Of a DNA stretch of 64,000 nt, positions 28,907 through 42,048 are shown piece after piece. This stretch comes from Octopus vulgaris (lineage: Eukaryota). A program made the translations under genes and the position numbers. Below the pieces are notes generated by a model that searched no databases, was not told where the DNA came from, and was given only the letters and a program-made list of their open reading frames with translations. Numbering within the stretch: position 1 is the stretch's first letter; every line of letters starts with the position of its first letter. Where the stretch lies: NCBI GenBank assembly GCA_951406725.2, contig OX597821.1:68262001-68326000 (forward strand), read 5' to 3'.

Positions 28907-29323
28907 TCTCTTCTATTCTTTTATTCTTATAAATCTTCCACTGAGGAGGGAGCCGGTTTCCAACAAAGATACAAGGCTCCATCTTTGGGCTGTAGTTAAC
29001 ACAGACAAATTCCCATTTCGAACTTGAGAAAAGTCTTGCATATATTTACTGTTCCACTTGTAACGTACGAATTAGCGGGTCGATTTCTCTTTCTGAAAAT
29101 CCTAGTTTATCCAGATTCTCCTTTAAGCATTTACTAATAAAATCTAGTGCTCCAATTGTTATCGGTATGAATATGTATTCATAGTCTGGATATAGAAACT
29201 GGAGGTTTCGAAGCAGCTGTCCATAGATATCCACTTTTTCTTTGACTTTCAGAGATATCTATATCTACAGCGCATCTAACCTCTATGATGGTACATACCT
29301 TTGCCCCTCTGTCCCAAACAACA
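28907..29323 (-). mobile_element. 5'-truncated 3' end of a restriction-like-endonuclease non-LTR retrotransposon (R4/Dong-like), frameshifted
   Basis: Translates to VVWDRGAKVCTIIEVRC...KEKVDIYGQLLRNLQFLYPDYEYIFIPITIGALDFISKCL...GTVNICKTFLKFEM, typical of the RLE C-terminus (K...Y and IGALG-like motifs). The 3' UTR has AATAAA followed by (TACA)n. Confidence 0.85.
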
Positions 29324-29385
29324 TGTATGTATGTATGTATGTATGTATGTATGTATGTATGTATGTATGTATGTATGTATGTATG

Positions 29386-29660
29386 CAAATTTGTATGTTT
29401 TGTTTTATGTATATATCATCATGCATATAGTTGCATATCTAGACATGCTCATATATATTTAAATGATAAACTTCTGGAAAGTTTTACAGATTTTTACAAT
29501 TCCAGTGATGGATTGGATCTGTTGTCTTCGAATTGGCTTTTTCCATTCTGGTTTTGAGAAGCATAATATCTCAAGATTGGTATTTAGGCAGTGTGGTTAC
29601 ATATCCCAGGGCCCCAATAATTACAGGTTTGAACCTGAACTTGTAATCTAGATAGAGTAT
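29386..29660 (-). mobile_element. Second, distinct R4/Dong-like 3' end
   Basis: LYLDYKFRFKPVIIGALGYVT/CLNTNLEILCFSKPEWKKPIRRQQIQSITGIVKICKTFQKFII* (one frameshift). Different 3' UTR; (TACA)n on both sides. Confidence 0.85.
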
Positions 29661-29737
29661 TATGTATGTATGTATGTATGTATGTATGTATGTATGTATG
29701 TATGTATGTATGTTTGTATGTATGTATGTTTGTATGT

Positions 29738-29886
29738 AGAAGAAGAAGAAGAAGAAGAAGAAGAAGAAGAAAAAGAAGAAGAAGAAGAAGAAGAAGAAGA
29801 CGAAAAAGAAGAAGAAGAAGAAGAAGAAGAAGAAGAAGAAGAAGAAGAAGAAGAAGAAGAAGAAGAAGAAGAAGAAGAAGAAGACG
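29738..29886. repeat. (GAA)n
   Basis: Seen directly. Also at about 43278-43377 and 43777-43890. Confidence 0.97.
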
Positions 29887-30065
29887 ATAACAACAGAAGC
29901 CAGCGTTTTATTTGTATTGTTATTGATACATTTCACCATAGAAAGGCGGCGAGTTGACAGAAGCGTTAACACGCCGAGCGAAATGCATAGCTGTTATTCC
30001 TAATTGGATACCTGTAATTTTGATCTTAAGGATTAGTCCATAACATTGACTCCAGTACCTGACTG

Positions 30066-30463
30066 TTACTCTTTACTCTTTTACTCTTTTACTTGTTTCA
30101 GTCATTTGACTGCGGCAATGCTGGAGCATCGCCTTTAGTCGAGCAAATCGACCCCAGGACTTGTTCTTTAGAAGCTTATTACTTATTCTATCGGTGTCTT
30201 TTGCCGAACCGCTAAGTTACGGGGACGTAAACACACCATCATTGGTTGTCAAGCGATGTTGGGGGGACAAACACAGACATACAAACATATATACACACAT
30301 ACATATATATGATGGGCTTCTTTCAGTTTCCGTCTACCAAATCCGATCACAAGGCTTTGGTCGACCCGAGGCTAGAGTAGAAGACACTTACCCAAGGTGC
30401 CACACAGTGGGACTGAACCCGGAACCATGTGGTTGGTAAGCAAGCTACTTACCACAAAGCCAC
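30066..30463 (-). mobile_element. SINE family A, near full length, inside family B remnants
   Basis: Homology to 8715-9111. Family B-like sequence lies on both sides (about 30030-30065 and 30465-30600). Confidence 0.9.
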
Positions 30464-31467
30464 TTTATTTTATCGATCTTAAAAGACGAAAGGCAAAGTT
30501 AAGTTCGTCGGGCTTTGAACTCAGAATATAAGAGCTCATACCCAAATATATAATGCAAAGTATTTTTCCCGCCTCTCTATCGATTCTACCGGTCAACCAC
30601 TATATCTTATGTAGACATAGTCATACAATGAATTATATCTGCTGCTTCCGCCATTGTTATAAACCCTCATAGAACTTTTACCTCTACAAAGATGCATTGT
30701 CTTGAACTTTTCTAACACGCAGTATTACAGTTATTGCAGTGTTTTTCTTCTTTCCTCGTCTGTTCTTCCGAGTGAAAAATTTACGTTCACTAATCCAAAA
30801 AAGAACCCCCTCCTCATATAGAATTTGCGTGACCGGAATCTGCCGTAGGCTGCTTTTAAAATCGATCTGTCTTGTTCTTGTTGGATATGCATCTGAACGT
30901 AATTGTCTTTTCTTCCATTTACTCAGAAAATTCTTTTTCTGAATAATATTATTTCTTGCTCCCCACTGCCTTAGAGCCATACCTCTTCCATTTATTCATC
31001 CATCATATTGAGTTCTTGCCGAGCATATACAGCTCCTTCAGATGTATTTGCTCCCGTCGTTTTTATCCCAAAGCCAACCCATATTGAATACATATATGAT
31101 CAAAGTCATTCCGACCATGACCATCCACTATATTCAGAAGAGTGAGTGATTATTTATTTCATGATTCTATTTTAAGTGAATTATATCTGCTTAGCCTAGA
31201 GATTAAAGCGTTCGGTTTGGGATCATAAGATCATCTGTTCAAATCCCAGACAGGGCGGAGCGTTGTTTCCCTGTCCAAGGCGCTTCATTTCGCTTTGCCT
31301 CGATTCATTCAGTTGCAAATGAGGACCAGCTCAGTTTTATTCGCGTACATCTCTCAGTGGTCACATTCCAGATGTTCGGCTGAATTAAAAGCCGAGAAGC
31401 TGTTCATATTTGTTCGTAGCTACATTGACATCTAAAACAATGAACGAAAACTTAGTCCATGGCCCCC

Positions 31468-31620
31468 AAACCTTATTCTGTGTAAGCCTAGTACTTATTC
31501 TATCGGTCTCTTTTGCCGAACCGCTAAGTTACGGAGACGTAAAAACACCAGCATCGGTTGTCAAGCGATGTTGGGGGTGACAAACACAGACACACAAACA
31601 CATACACAGACATACATATT

Positions 31621-31692
<72 letters not shown>

Positions 31693-31780
31693 GATATACG
31701 ACGGGCTTCTTTCAGTTTCCATCTTCCAAATCCACTCACAAGGCTTCGTTCGGCCCGAGGCTATAGTAGAAGACACTTTG
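31468..31780 (-). mobile_element. SINE family A, internal fragment
   Basis: Homology to other family A copies. Confidence 0.88.
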
Positions 31781-31904
31781 CGCTAGTCAGTATTTTTCGG
31801 GGTGCGGCTCTATATTTCAGTTATAGCTGTTGCCGTTGTTGTTATTGCTGTTGCTGCTACTGTTTTGTTGTTGCTGTTATTGTTGTTGTTGCTTTTGTTG
31901 TTGT

Positions 31905-32390
31905 CACTTAGTCACAAGTCATCCCTGACTGAGCAGACCTGGAATTCACAGGCGCTCCAGCTATGACTGATATATATTTAGGGACTACATACTCCAACAT
32001 CACCTTCTTCATATGAAGGGGGGAAGCTATTAGAGTAGCGTTCATTTTTGTCAGTTATGAGACCATGTAAAGCCTCATTCGTTGGGTTCTTGTCAGTGTT
32101 GCTATTGCTTAATCCCAGCTTTACCTTGATCGAGCAGAACTATAGCATATGAGCAGAGAATGAACCTGTCCACAGACGCTAGACTTGCTAGAAATAGCAG
32201 CTAAATCGTTCTCACTCTCCATCCAATTATATGCCTTCGTAGATGCAGTTGTGGTGGGGTGAGTATGTGGTTGTTCTTTTTGTTATTTAGCTCCACATCA
32301 AACCTGTTTAAACAGACCTATAAGGAAAAATATTCCACTTGTGGCCATCCCATATATTTTCTAGTACATCGAGGACCATATTAACTGATG
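31905..32390 (+). repeat. Degenerate dispersed repeat (GAGCAGACCT... family), several fragments
   Basis: Similar motifs at about 31910, 32110, 32290, 52830 and 53655; unclassified. Confidence 0.5.
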
Positions 32391-33217
32391 TGTGTGTGTG
32401 TGAACGTGCGTATGTGTGTGCGTGTGTGTGTTTTCCTTCGAAATAGGGAGAAGGCACATGGCCTAGGGGTTAGGGGAGTTGCTCTCGTGATCGTTAGATC
32501 ATGATTTCGGTTTTTGCACTGGGCATTGCTTTATGTTCTTGAGCAAATTATTTCATTTCACGTTTGCTCCTACCTACTCAACTGTAAATCACTTCCAGCA
32601 AAACAGGGGAAGTCAACTCTGCAACAGAAGGGTAGTGTTGCAATCTCGGTCCTTTATATGCAGTGGAAATCAGGTTAAACTCCGGCCTTATGAATACTAG
32701 GGCTCATGACAGACCTAGATACAATAAAGGTGATTTGAAGGCGATTTAACTGCTAATTTTAGCAAGTCAGGCGAAAACGTAAAGTTGTGATATAATTGTT
32801 GCAATCGTTATCACAGTTGATCATATTGGTTTTACAGTTTGCCACAAGGCCAGCAATTTCAGGAGAGTGGGGTTAGTCGATTACATCGATCCCAGTGTTC
32901 AACAGGTACTTATTTTGCCGACCCCGAAAGGATGAAAGGCAAAGTCGATCTCGGGAGAATTTGAACTCGGAACGTGAAAACACGAAATGCCGCTAAGCAT
33001 TTTGTTCGGCGTAATAACAATTCTACCAGCTCGTTGCCTTATCACAGTTGGTCATATTAATTACTGTTATACATACATACATACGCACACACATACATAC
33101 ATGCATACACACACACACTTTTTATATATACATATATATATATATACATACATATATATATACATATATATACATATATATACATAGATACAGTATACAT
33201 ATATATATATATATACG

Positions 33218-33264
<47 letters not shown>

Positions 33265-33511
33265 CTGTGTGTGTACACACATATACACACACGTACACAC
33301 ACACACGCACACACAAACAAACATATGCTTAAGCACATACACACAATTCACTTTACATAGACATTAGTGTAGGTTTAATGAATATATGTACCTGTATGTG
33401 TGTGTGTGTCTGTGTGTGCGTGTGTGTGTGTGTTTGTGTGTGTGTGTATATGTGTGTGTGTATATGTGTGTACACACACATAGATACATATATACATATA
33501 CATACACATAC

Positions 33512-33584
<73 letters not shown>

Positions 33585-34003
33585 ATGTATGTATGTATAC
33601 AGTGTGTGTGAGCGCGCGCACCTACGTATTTATGAGTTTGTGTTTTTTTTTTTTTCTGGAGATAATATTTTTAGAACTTCTTCAGTCCATAACTAGATAA
33701 CATAAGTCGGACATTTATGGATATATTTCGAAAGTATTTCCTTTGTCGATTTGTTTCCTTTCCTTCACGTTTTACCAAGGAAGAAGGCTTTGGTGTAGAG
33801 CAGGGGAGGGGAGGGTTGGCGTCTATGTTTATCCAGAAATAGAAACAGGTTATTATGTCCTTGTTGCATTAATGGAGGAAATACGAAATCTCAATAAGAC
33901 AAAACTAATCGAAAATTATGTATATAAACACACATGCATACATGCATTTATATATGTGTGTGTGTATGTATGTGTGTAAGTATGCATAATATAAGTATGA
34001 ATA

Positions 34004-34052
<49 letters not shown>

Positions 34053-34055
<3 letters not shown>

Positions 34056-34472
34056 TTGTTATTCTCCTTGTCCTGTCTTTTACTGTTTATATTTTGTACT
34101 GTCGTTACTGTCCTGTTTTTGTTACCATTTTTACCCCTCTGCAACAAGATCTCAAATTTTATTTGATTTGCTTTTCGCAGGAAGGAAAGTTTCTATCGAA
34201 GATGCGTATCGCCTTCACCTTCGAAACGCAGAGTAGATGAAACCATGGCGACTGATGAAGGGGAATTTTCCTTGTGTTATTTGTCCTGTACTCTATTTTT
34301 TGTTGTTTAAGAAAAATGTCCAGTTCCTTGGTTTTGTGTTTATGTTTTCGTTTCTCATTGTGTTCGACGTTTTTTTTTTGGTGTCCTGTACCCATATATG
34401 CGTGTATATACACATGTAGAGGTAGGTACGTACATATACGTATATATATATATGCATATGTTTTATTTATTA

Positions 34473-34480
<8 letters not shown>
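34053..34480 (+). mobile_element. (TA)n-embedded dispersed element, unclassified (possibly PLE-derived)
   Basis: About 34285-34480 recurs in reverse orientation at about 41778-41972. Both copies are bounded by (TA)n; the strand is arbitrary. Confidence 0.7.
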
Positions 34481-34506
<26 letters not shown>

Positions 34507-34507
<1 letters not shown>

Positions 34508-35315
34508 AATAGAAATATTAAAATTACTAAGTCTCTCTAAAAGAGAACAACGGCAGCGTTTCCGGAAAATAATAGTTATCGCCATACTAATATAGCATTC
34601 TTATAAAAATAAGAATAAAGCTGTCCGCTTATTAGCTCCATGAGGCCATCGCCTTAAGTTAGCTATTTGATACACAAACTGTATCCATATAACCTTCGAA
34701 CAAGGGAGGTCAGTCGCTCCACACTACTTGACCGGCAGCTACAGACGCGTTTCGGGGTATTGCCCCTTTTCAATGCAGCGTAGCCAGACCAGTAGGTGTC
34801 GCTTCTAACAATCTCTGTTCGAAGGTTTTATTTACCTAGCTTCGGTGGAATACATCCACTTGTTTTCAATAATAGAAATATTAAAATTACTAAGTCTCTC
34901 TAAAAGAGAACAACGGCAGCGTTTCCGGAAAATAATAGTTATCGCGATACTAATATGGCATTCTTATAAAAATAAGAATAAAGCTGTCCGCTTATTAGCT
35001 CCATGAGGCCATCGCCTTAAGTTAGCTATTTGATACACAAACTGTATCCATATAACCTTCGAACAGAGATTGTCAGAAGCGACACCTACTGGTCTGGCTA
35101 CGCTGCATTGAAAAGGGGCAATACCCCAAAACGCGTCTGTAGCTGCCGGTCAAGTAGTGTGGAGCGACTGACCTCCCTTGTTCGAAGGTTATATGGATAC
35201 AGTTTGTGTATCAAATAGCTAACTTAAGGCGATGGCCTCATGGAGCTAATAAGCGGACAGCTTTATTCTTATTTTTATAAGAATGCCATATTAGTATGGC
35301 GATAACTATTATTTT
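34507..35315. mobile_element. 363-bp-period HHR element in tandem plus inverted arrangement
   Basis: 34507-34702 is repeated at 34870-35065, and 34565-34827 is inverted at 35054-35315. Copies are nearly identical and TA repeats flank both ends. Confidence 0.9.
34738..34779 (-). ncRNA. Minimal type I hammerhead ribozyme, U3-A8 variant
   Basis: Minus strand: GCTGCA-TTGAAAA-GGGG caata CCCC-GAAA-CGCG-TC-TGTAGC. The inverted copy at 35102-35143 (+) has GAAA changed to AAAA. Confidence 0.8.
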
Positions 35316-35485
35316 ATATATATGTATATATACATTTGTGTGTGTGTGTACCCTCTTATTCGTTTCAGTTATGTGGTTACGGTCATACTGAAGCACCACC
35401 GTGATTTCGTAATTTTACACATCATTTTCTGACTGATTTATTGAGGGTAGTGCGATTTCATATCAGAACACTTGTATGTATATAT

Positions 35486-35562
<77 letters not shown>

Positions 35563-36226
35563 TAGTATTATATATATATGAATTTATGTGTATATATATA
35601 TATTATACATATGTATATGCATGTTTGTGTTTGTGTGTGTGTGTGTGTTTTATTTTGGGAACAACACGAATGAATTATTGAAACAGAAACTATTAAGGAT
35701 ATCTTCTGACTGATGGGAATATTTTGGTGTTTGGAACATTCAATTACTTACTGTTGAGTTGAGAATCACAATATGAATATTTTTATTAGATACATTGAGA
35801 CTGTAATATACAGTGAATATGTTGGTTCGATAGACAAATATAGGGTTTAAACGTTGGCCGCTGAATTGGGCAGATAATAACTAGAAGGATATGCATTCTG
35901 TGTGTGTTGACTGTATTGGCTGGTACATTGTACAGTCGTTGACTGGATGGATAGATGTCACATGTTAACTGTAGACACACAGCATGCACATTAAGACAAT
36001 AAAGTATCCTTGCCACGTCAGTTTAAATACATTGTGTTTAGGTGCCGCTTAGATATATCCAATATGTAGAGGTTGGTGACTGAATGACAAAATCTGGTAG
36101 ACTTTTTCGTCGTTCCGACGATAGAGCTTTTAACAGGACATAGCTATAGACTTCTGTTAGTTCAAAAAATAAGAAATGGTGGTGGTGTCACGATTTACTG
36201 AACCATCTGCCGGTTGAATATTATTA

Positions 36227-36646
36227 GGATCTTTTCGGTTTGAACGGCAGTCTTTAACATAATTTCTAGGTAACTAAAAAATTTTCAACTTCGTATACTG
36301 GTAGAATGTGTTTATAAAACATTTTTTTCTCTTGGCTTTATTGAGAAAATTCTATAGTTTGTAAAATATTTGTTGTTTTTTCTTCAATTTCTGCAATTTC
36401 AACCAATCACTGACGTCTATTGAGGTAAAAAAAAAAAACATTCTGTGCTGTATGAATATGTCCCTCGTTAAAGAAACAGATTGGGTTTATTTACATTTGT
36501 GAAGAAAAAAAGATACCCTTCCCCCACCCCTAACCCTAACCCTAAAACAGATTGAAATGCAATAGATCGATACTAGGGTCATAATTATGGGTGAAAATTT
36601 CATATGACACCGCTAGAAAAAACTGCCGTTCAAACCGAAAAGATCC
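36227..36646. mobile_element. MITE with 25-bp TIRs, 8-bp TSD and internal (CCCTAA)3
   Basis: TIR GGATCTTTTCGGTTTGAACGGCAGT / ACTGCCGTTCAAACCGAAAAGATCC; TSD TATTATTA at 36219-36226 and 36647-36654. Confidence 0.92.
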
Positions 36647-37094
36647 TATTATTATAATAGCCATGGTTTGTCCAAAGTCAATCCCACACACTCGTCCTTC
36701 AAACCTTTATTGCTCTAACAGCGCAACAATATACCACGAGCTCAGTAGTTATCAGAACGCAGCACTAATATTGAGTTATCTTCTCTTAGATAAGCTTTAA
36801 ATAGCTGATGGGCTTCATTTGGCTCGAACTGCTTGTGAGTGGTCTTCTTCCAGAGACGGTTCCAAGACATGAGGATTAACCCACAGCTGAACCCTGACAG
36901 GTGCTTCTACTTCGGGTCAGTAGAGACCAGGTAAGAACAGTGGCTAAAAAGTGGTTCCACACTCCTCAATACTCTGGAACCCCCGAAACAGAACCCTACT
37001 ACCGGATGCAATTTCAAGTCTTACCCAAAACATACTACGTGTGTGTGTGCGTGTGCGTGTGTGTGTGTGAGTGTGTGTATGTGTGAGAGAGTGC

Positions 37095-37169
<75 letters not shown>

Positions 37170-38196
37170 GCTGTAGTGAACTTTGTGTAGTTAAGAATAT
37201 GCTGACTAGATAGACAAATGCATGGATTAGATATTATTAGACAGATGTTTTAGATCACATCTAGTTAAAATAATATACTGTGTAGATGTTTACTATGTTG
37301 ACACAGTGTGTAGCTGGTGACTTGATTTCAACCGTCTGGAGATGAAGATTATTTAAATGCAGACTGCGACAGCAATTGATGAGTATAAACAATAGATGCT
37401 GGTTTCAAGACGGAATCACTAGATGTGATGTTAATTGGATAGACATAGTCTTTGCAGATTGGGAACAGATTAAATAACTGAAGCCTATAATTGCCGCTGG
37501 CATCTACATAGTTTTTCTTTTTTTGTTCTCTGTTTAAAGTTTTGTTGCAGGATACTATTGTCTGAATAAAATTTAGTTGATTTCATCACTTCACATTCGC
37601 TTTAATTACTCCATCATCAGTTTTAATTAAATATTTCGAAAAGAAATCAATGAAATGAAAAAAAGAAAATATTTCAATGGAACACAAAGAAAGCATAATT
37701 CAGTATCAATGTGGTCACCAGTTTTAGAGTTGATGAGTTCTTTGGTAGTCTAGTTCTTTAGAAACTTGAAACCAATACATTTCTAATCATGCTGTTATAT
37801 TAACAATGTTTGTCATCATCTAATAACACCACCTAGAACTTGGCAGACAATGAACGACAAAACGTAACCTGGATGTCAATTCTGTAAGAACCTAAATGTT
37901 AGTTCTTCACGTCAACTACGGGAAAGCGAATACGTATATATCTCATATCTAACACAAATATCCGCTTTCATGTGTGTATTGTGTGTTTGTATGTATGCAT
38001 GTATGTGTGTATGTGTGTATGTGTGTATATGTGTCATTGTGTGTGTGTGTGTATGCACGCGTGTGTGTGTGTATGCACGCGTGTGTGTGTATGCACGCGT
38101 GTGTATGTGTGCGTACTCTACAAAAGTTTAATGAACCCATCAGATTAACGTAAAATCGATTTTATTATAACTGTACAAACATTAATAGACATTTAT

Positions 38197-38295
<99 letters not shown>

Positions 38296-38296
38296 T

Positions 38297-38680
38297 GATG
38301 GCACTCCGTCGGTTACGATGACGAGTGTTCCAGTTGATACGATCAACGGAACAACCTGCTCGTGAAATTAACGTGTAAGTGGCTGAGCACTCCACAGACA
38401 CGTGTACACTTTCACGTAGTTCTCGGAGAGATTCAGCGTGACACAGAGTGTGACAAGGCTGGTCCTTTCAAATACAGGTACAACAGAAACAGGAAAAAAG
38501 AGTGAGAGAAAGTTCTGGTGAAAGAGTACAGCAGGGTTCACCACCACGCCCTGCCAGAGCCTCGTGGAGCTTTAGGTGTTTTTGCTCAGTAAACACTCAC
38601 AACGCCCAATCTGGGAATCGAAACCGTGATCCTAAGACTGCGAGTACCCTGCTCTTACCACTGGGCCATTGATCCTCCAC
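38297..38680 (-). mobile_element. SINE family C (tRNA head)
   Basis: Minus strand TGGCCCAGTGGTAAGAGCAG...GGTTTCGATTCCC. Homologous to 60680-61060. Confidence 0.9.
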
Positions 38681-38715
38681 ATATATATATATATTTATAT
38701 ATATACACACACATA

Positions 38716-39305
38716 TTAGAGGGAAACCACTATGTGGACACCCTTATGCTAGAAATAGATCCGCTATGGTCTTACCACTAAGAAGTGTTCTCAAGAAAAA
38801 TTTAGCAAAACAACTAAAACGTAATCGAGCAAGACAAAAGAAAAAGCAATAAAAATACGGATTATTCGCATACATGTTTCACTATCAACATATCACGTAA
38901 TTTTACTTACATAAATGTCCGTAGATCATCGATGCGACCGTCCAGATGAATATAATTTGTTGAAAAAAAGCTATAAAAAACCTATTTATTATTACGACAG
39001 AAATTTTTCTTCTGGCCTGGGGAGACAGTCAGAAAGTTGCGGCCTTTTGCAACAACCTACCTTTGCAAACAGGGATTTTCCACTCTAATGAACATAAAAA
39101 CAGAGCAGAGTAATCGAGTGGGTCCTAATGACTGTATCCAAATTGCTCTGGCATCAAAATGTCCCAATTTTGATGTAATTGTAGCAAAAATGAAATGACA
39201 TAATTTCTCCAAAACTTGAAGTAAGAATGTTTCTAGAAAAATCTTTTTGTTTCATAATGAGAATATTGATTTATTTTATTGCATTTGTTTTATACTTTTT
39301 ATATA
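38716..39305 (-). mobile_element. TA-bounded element with an extended-stem-II HHR motif (38866-38937)
   Basis: Minus strand: TCGCA-TCGATGA-tCTA...atgtaa GTAAAA ttacgt...TAGt-GAAA-CATG-TA-TGCGA. Element ends are approximate. Confidence 0.65.
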
Positions 39306-39560
39306 TATAATTGTATTCTCCATATTTATAGATTCAATAAACCTTTTGAATCTTAAGAGGCTATAATTGTCTTCCTTTCAAATCAAGGGGGTAACGGCGG
39401 CGTAAATAAATATATTTTGGAGTAATTGGTTTAAAACGTTCCCCGACCACTGATGTAGTCACAATTTCAATGGCGAAAATGTTTGATTGACATACAAACG
39501 TACGAATGCATTATTTAGTTCACAAAGCCTGCGGACGATTCTACGATGTATGGTCTCTTT

Positions 39561-40013
39561 TACCCTATTACTCTTTTACTTGTCTCAGTCATCTGACTGC
39601 GGCCATGCTGGAGCACCGCCTTTAGTCGAGCTAATCGACCCCAGAACTTATTCCTTGTAAGCCTACTACTTATTCTGTCGGTCTCTTTTGCCAAACCGCT
39701 AAGTTACGGGGACGTAAACACACCAGCATCGGTCGTCAAGCGATGTTGGAGTGACAAACACAGACACACAAACATATACACACACACACATACATACATA
39801 CATATATATAAATATATATATATAGATATATATATATGTATGCATATATACGACGAGCTTCTTTCAGTTTCCGTCTACCAAACCCACTCACAAGGCTTTA
39901 GTCGGCCCGAGGCTATAGTAGAAGACAGTTGGCCAAGGTGCCACGCAGTGGGACTGAAACCAGAACCATGTGGTTGGTAAGCAAGCTACTTACCACACAG
40001 CCACTCCTGCGTC
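39561..40013 (-). mobile_element. SINE family A, full length
   Basis: Homology across head, body and tail. Confidence 0.92.
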
Positions 40014-40660
40014 TATGGTGTTATTATTTAACTAGCAACTTTCTGCACGTTCAATACGTCATATCTGACACCTAGCAATCCTTTCGCCTCCTACTCTCGC
40101 CTCCCACCAACGCTCACCACCACCACCACCACCAGCTGACTCCAAGCTAACACTTCTCTCAGACATATCGAGCTGTCGAAAATTTCGGAGATGTCATCTT
40201 ACTGGAGATTACGTCAGAGCTGACGTTCTGTCTGATCATCATTAACACACCCTTGCTATCACAGGCCAGCACGATATCTATAATCTTCACCAGCATCGCA
40301 TCCTCGACCTCCACTCCACCCCCAACCCTACCCCGCCCACCTCAATCGCTATCAACTCCTCGATCTCGATCGTCACCCTCCACCATTACCATTAACCATC
40401 CATCCATCCATCATCATTGTCGCCGTCGTCGTCGTCGCCATCATCATCATAATCGTCATCATCATCATCAGCATCATCAACATCGTCGTCGTCACCATCA
40501 TCATCATCATCAACATTGTCATCATCATCATCATGATCATCATCATCATCATAGACATCATCATCGTTTCAACCATCCTTTCCAACACACTCAATTACAC
40601 CATTACTTCCACTAACCCTGCCATCATACGCACTATCAGTATTAGTACTACTACCACCAC

Positions 40661-40693
<33 letters not shown>

Positions 40694-40862
40694 TATCATC
40701 GTCATCAGTACCATCACCATTATCATTATCGTCGTCAACATCATCATCAGTATCATCGTCGTCGTTATCGTCAATATCATCACATCGTTATCATCACTAT
40801 CACTATCACCATCATCACCACCATCATCATCACCACCACCACCACCTCCATCATCATCATCC

Positions 40863-40903
<41 letters not shown>

Positions 40904-40992
40904 GTCATCACCATCACCACCATCATCACCACGACCCTCATCATCATCATCATCTTCTTCTTCATCATCATCGTCATCATCACCATCACCAT

Positions 40993-41024
<32 letters not shown>

Positions 41025-41055
41025 TCATTCTCACCATCATCAACAACATCATCAA

Positions 41056-41097
<42 letters not shown>

Positions 41098-41671
41098 TTT
41101 CATAACTAATAGCGCACCGAACCCCCTTATTATGACCGTAATTTTCACAACCGTTACCACTACCGCCGCCACCACCACCACCACCACCACCACCACCACC
41201 ACCACCACCACCACCACCACCTCACTACCACTACCAATACTACTACAACAGCAAGCACATGTGGCATCCCTATTATTATTACCTCCACAACCCAGAATTA
41301 TCATCACACACAATAAATAGCACCACGAACACCAACTGAATAACCACCACCAACATTACCGTTAAATCTATAATGGCATGTCTTAAATTTAATGGTTTTT
41401 CAGACAAAACCAGAGCATTATAACACGATCAGTGTCAGGGTGAGTAGCAGAGGTTATTCCTTGACCTGAACACGAGTCTTCCTTATTGTTTCCGCTGGTA
41501 TTGTTGATGTTAAATTATGTGTTGTTTTGCTGTTGTGTCCTCTCTCTATATCCCATTATGCTTCGTGTTCACACTTTTCCTTTTTTCCGTGCGCACACAC
41601 ACGCATACACACTCACGTATTTATATATATAAAGATTTACATACACACACATACATACACACACACACACG

Positions 41672-41737
<66 letters not shown>

Positions 41738-41970
41738 CACACTCATATATATGTATATATTTGTGCATATATATATATAATAATAAAATAATAAATAAAA
41801 CATATGCATATATAGATACATATATGTACGTACCTACATCTATATGTATATACACATGTATATATGGGTACAGGACACCAAAAAACGTCGCACACAATGA
41901 GAAACGTAAACATAAAAACAAAACCAAGGAAATGGACATTTTTCTTAAACAACAAAAAAATAGAGTACAA

Positions 41971-42048
<78 letters not shown>

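Noticed and set aside
30684-30980. 98-aa non-repetitive minus-strand ORF (MALRQWGARNN...)
   Set aside because: No recognisable domain, and an overlapping ORF of similar quality lies on the other strand. A chance ORF or decayed TE is as likely; it needs homology or RNA evidence.
34190-34275. TCGAAGA...GAAA and CTGATGA-aggggaattttcct as HHRs
   Set aside because: A complete three-stem core could not be assembled in this copy.
36528-36545. Telomere or chromosome-fusion relic
   Set aside because: Only three hexamers, internal to a TIR element.
40145-40245. Branch point plus acceptor (CTAAC...CTCTCAG) suggesting an exon; a similar acceptor at about 50700-50711
   Set aside because: No matching strong donor and no recognisable peptide.
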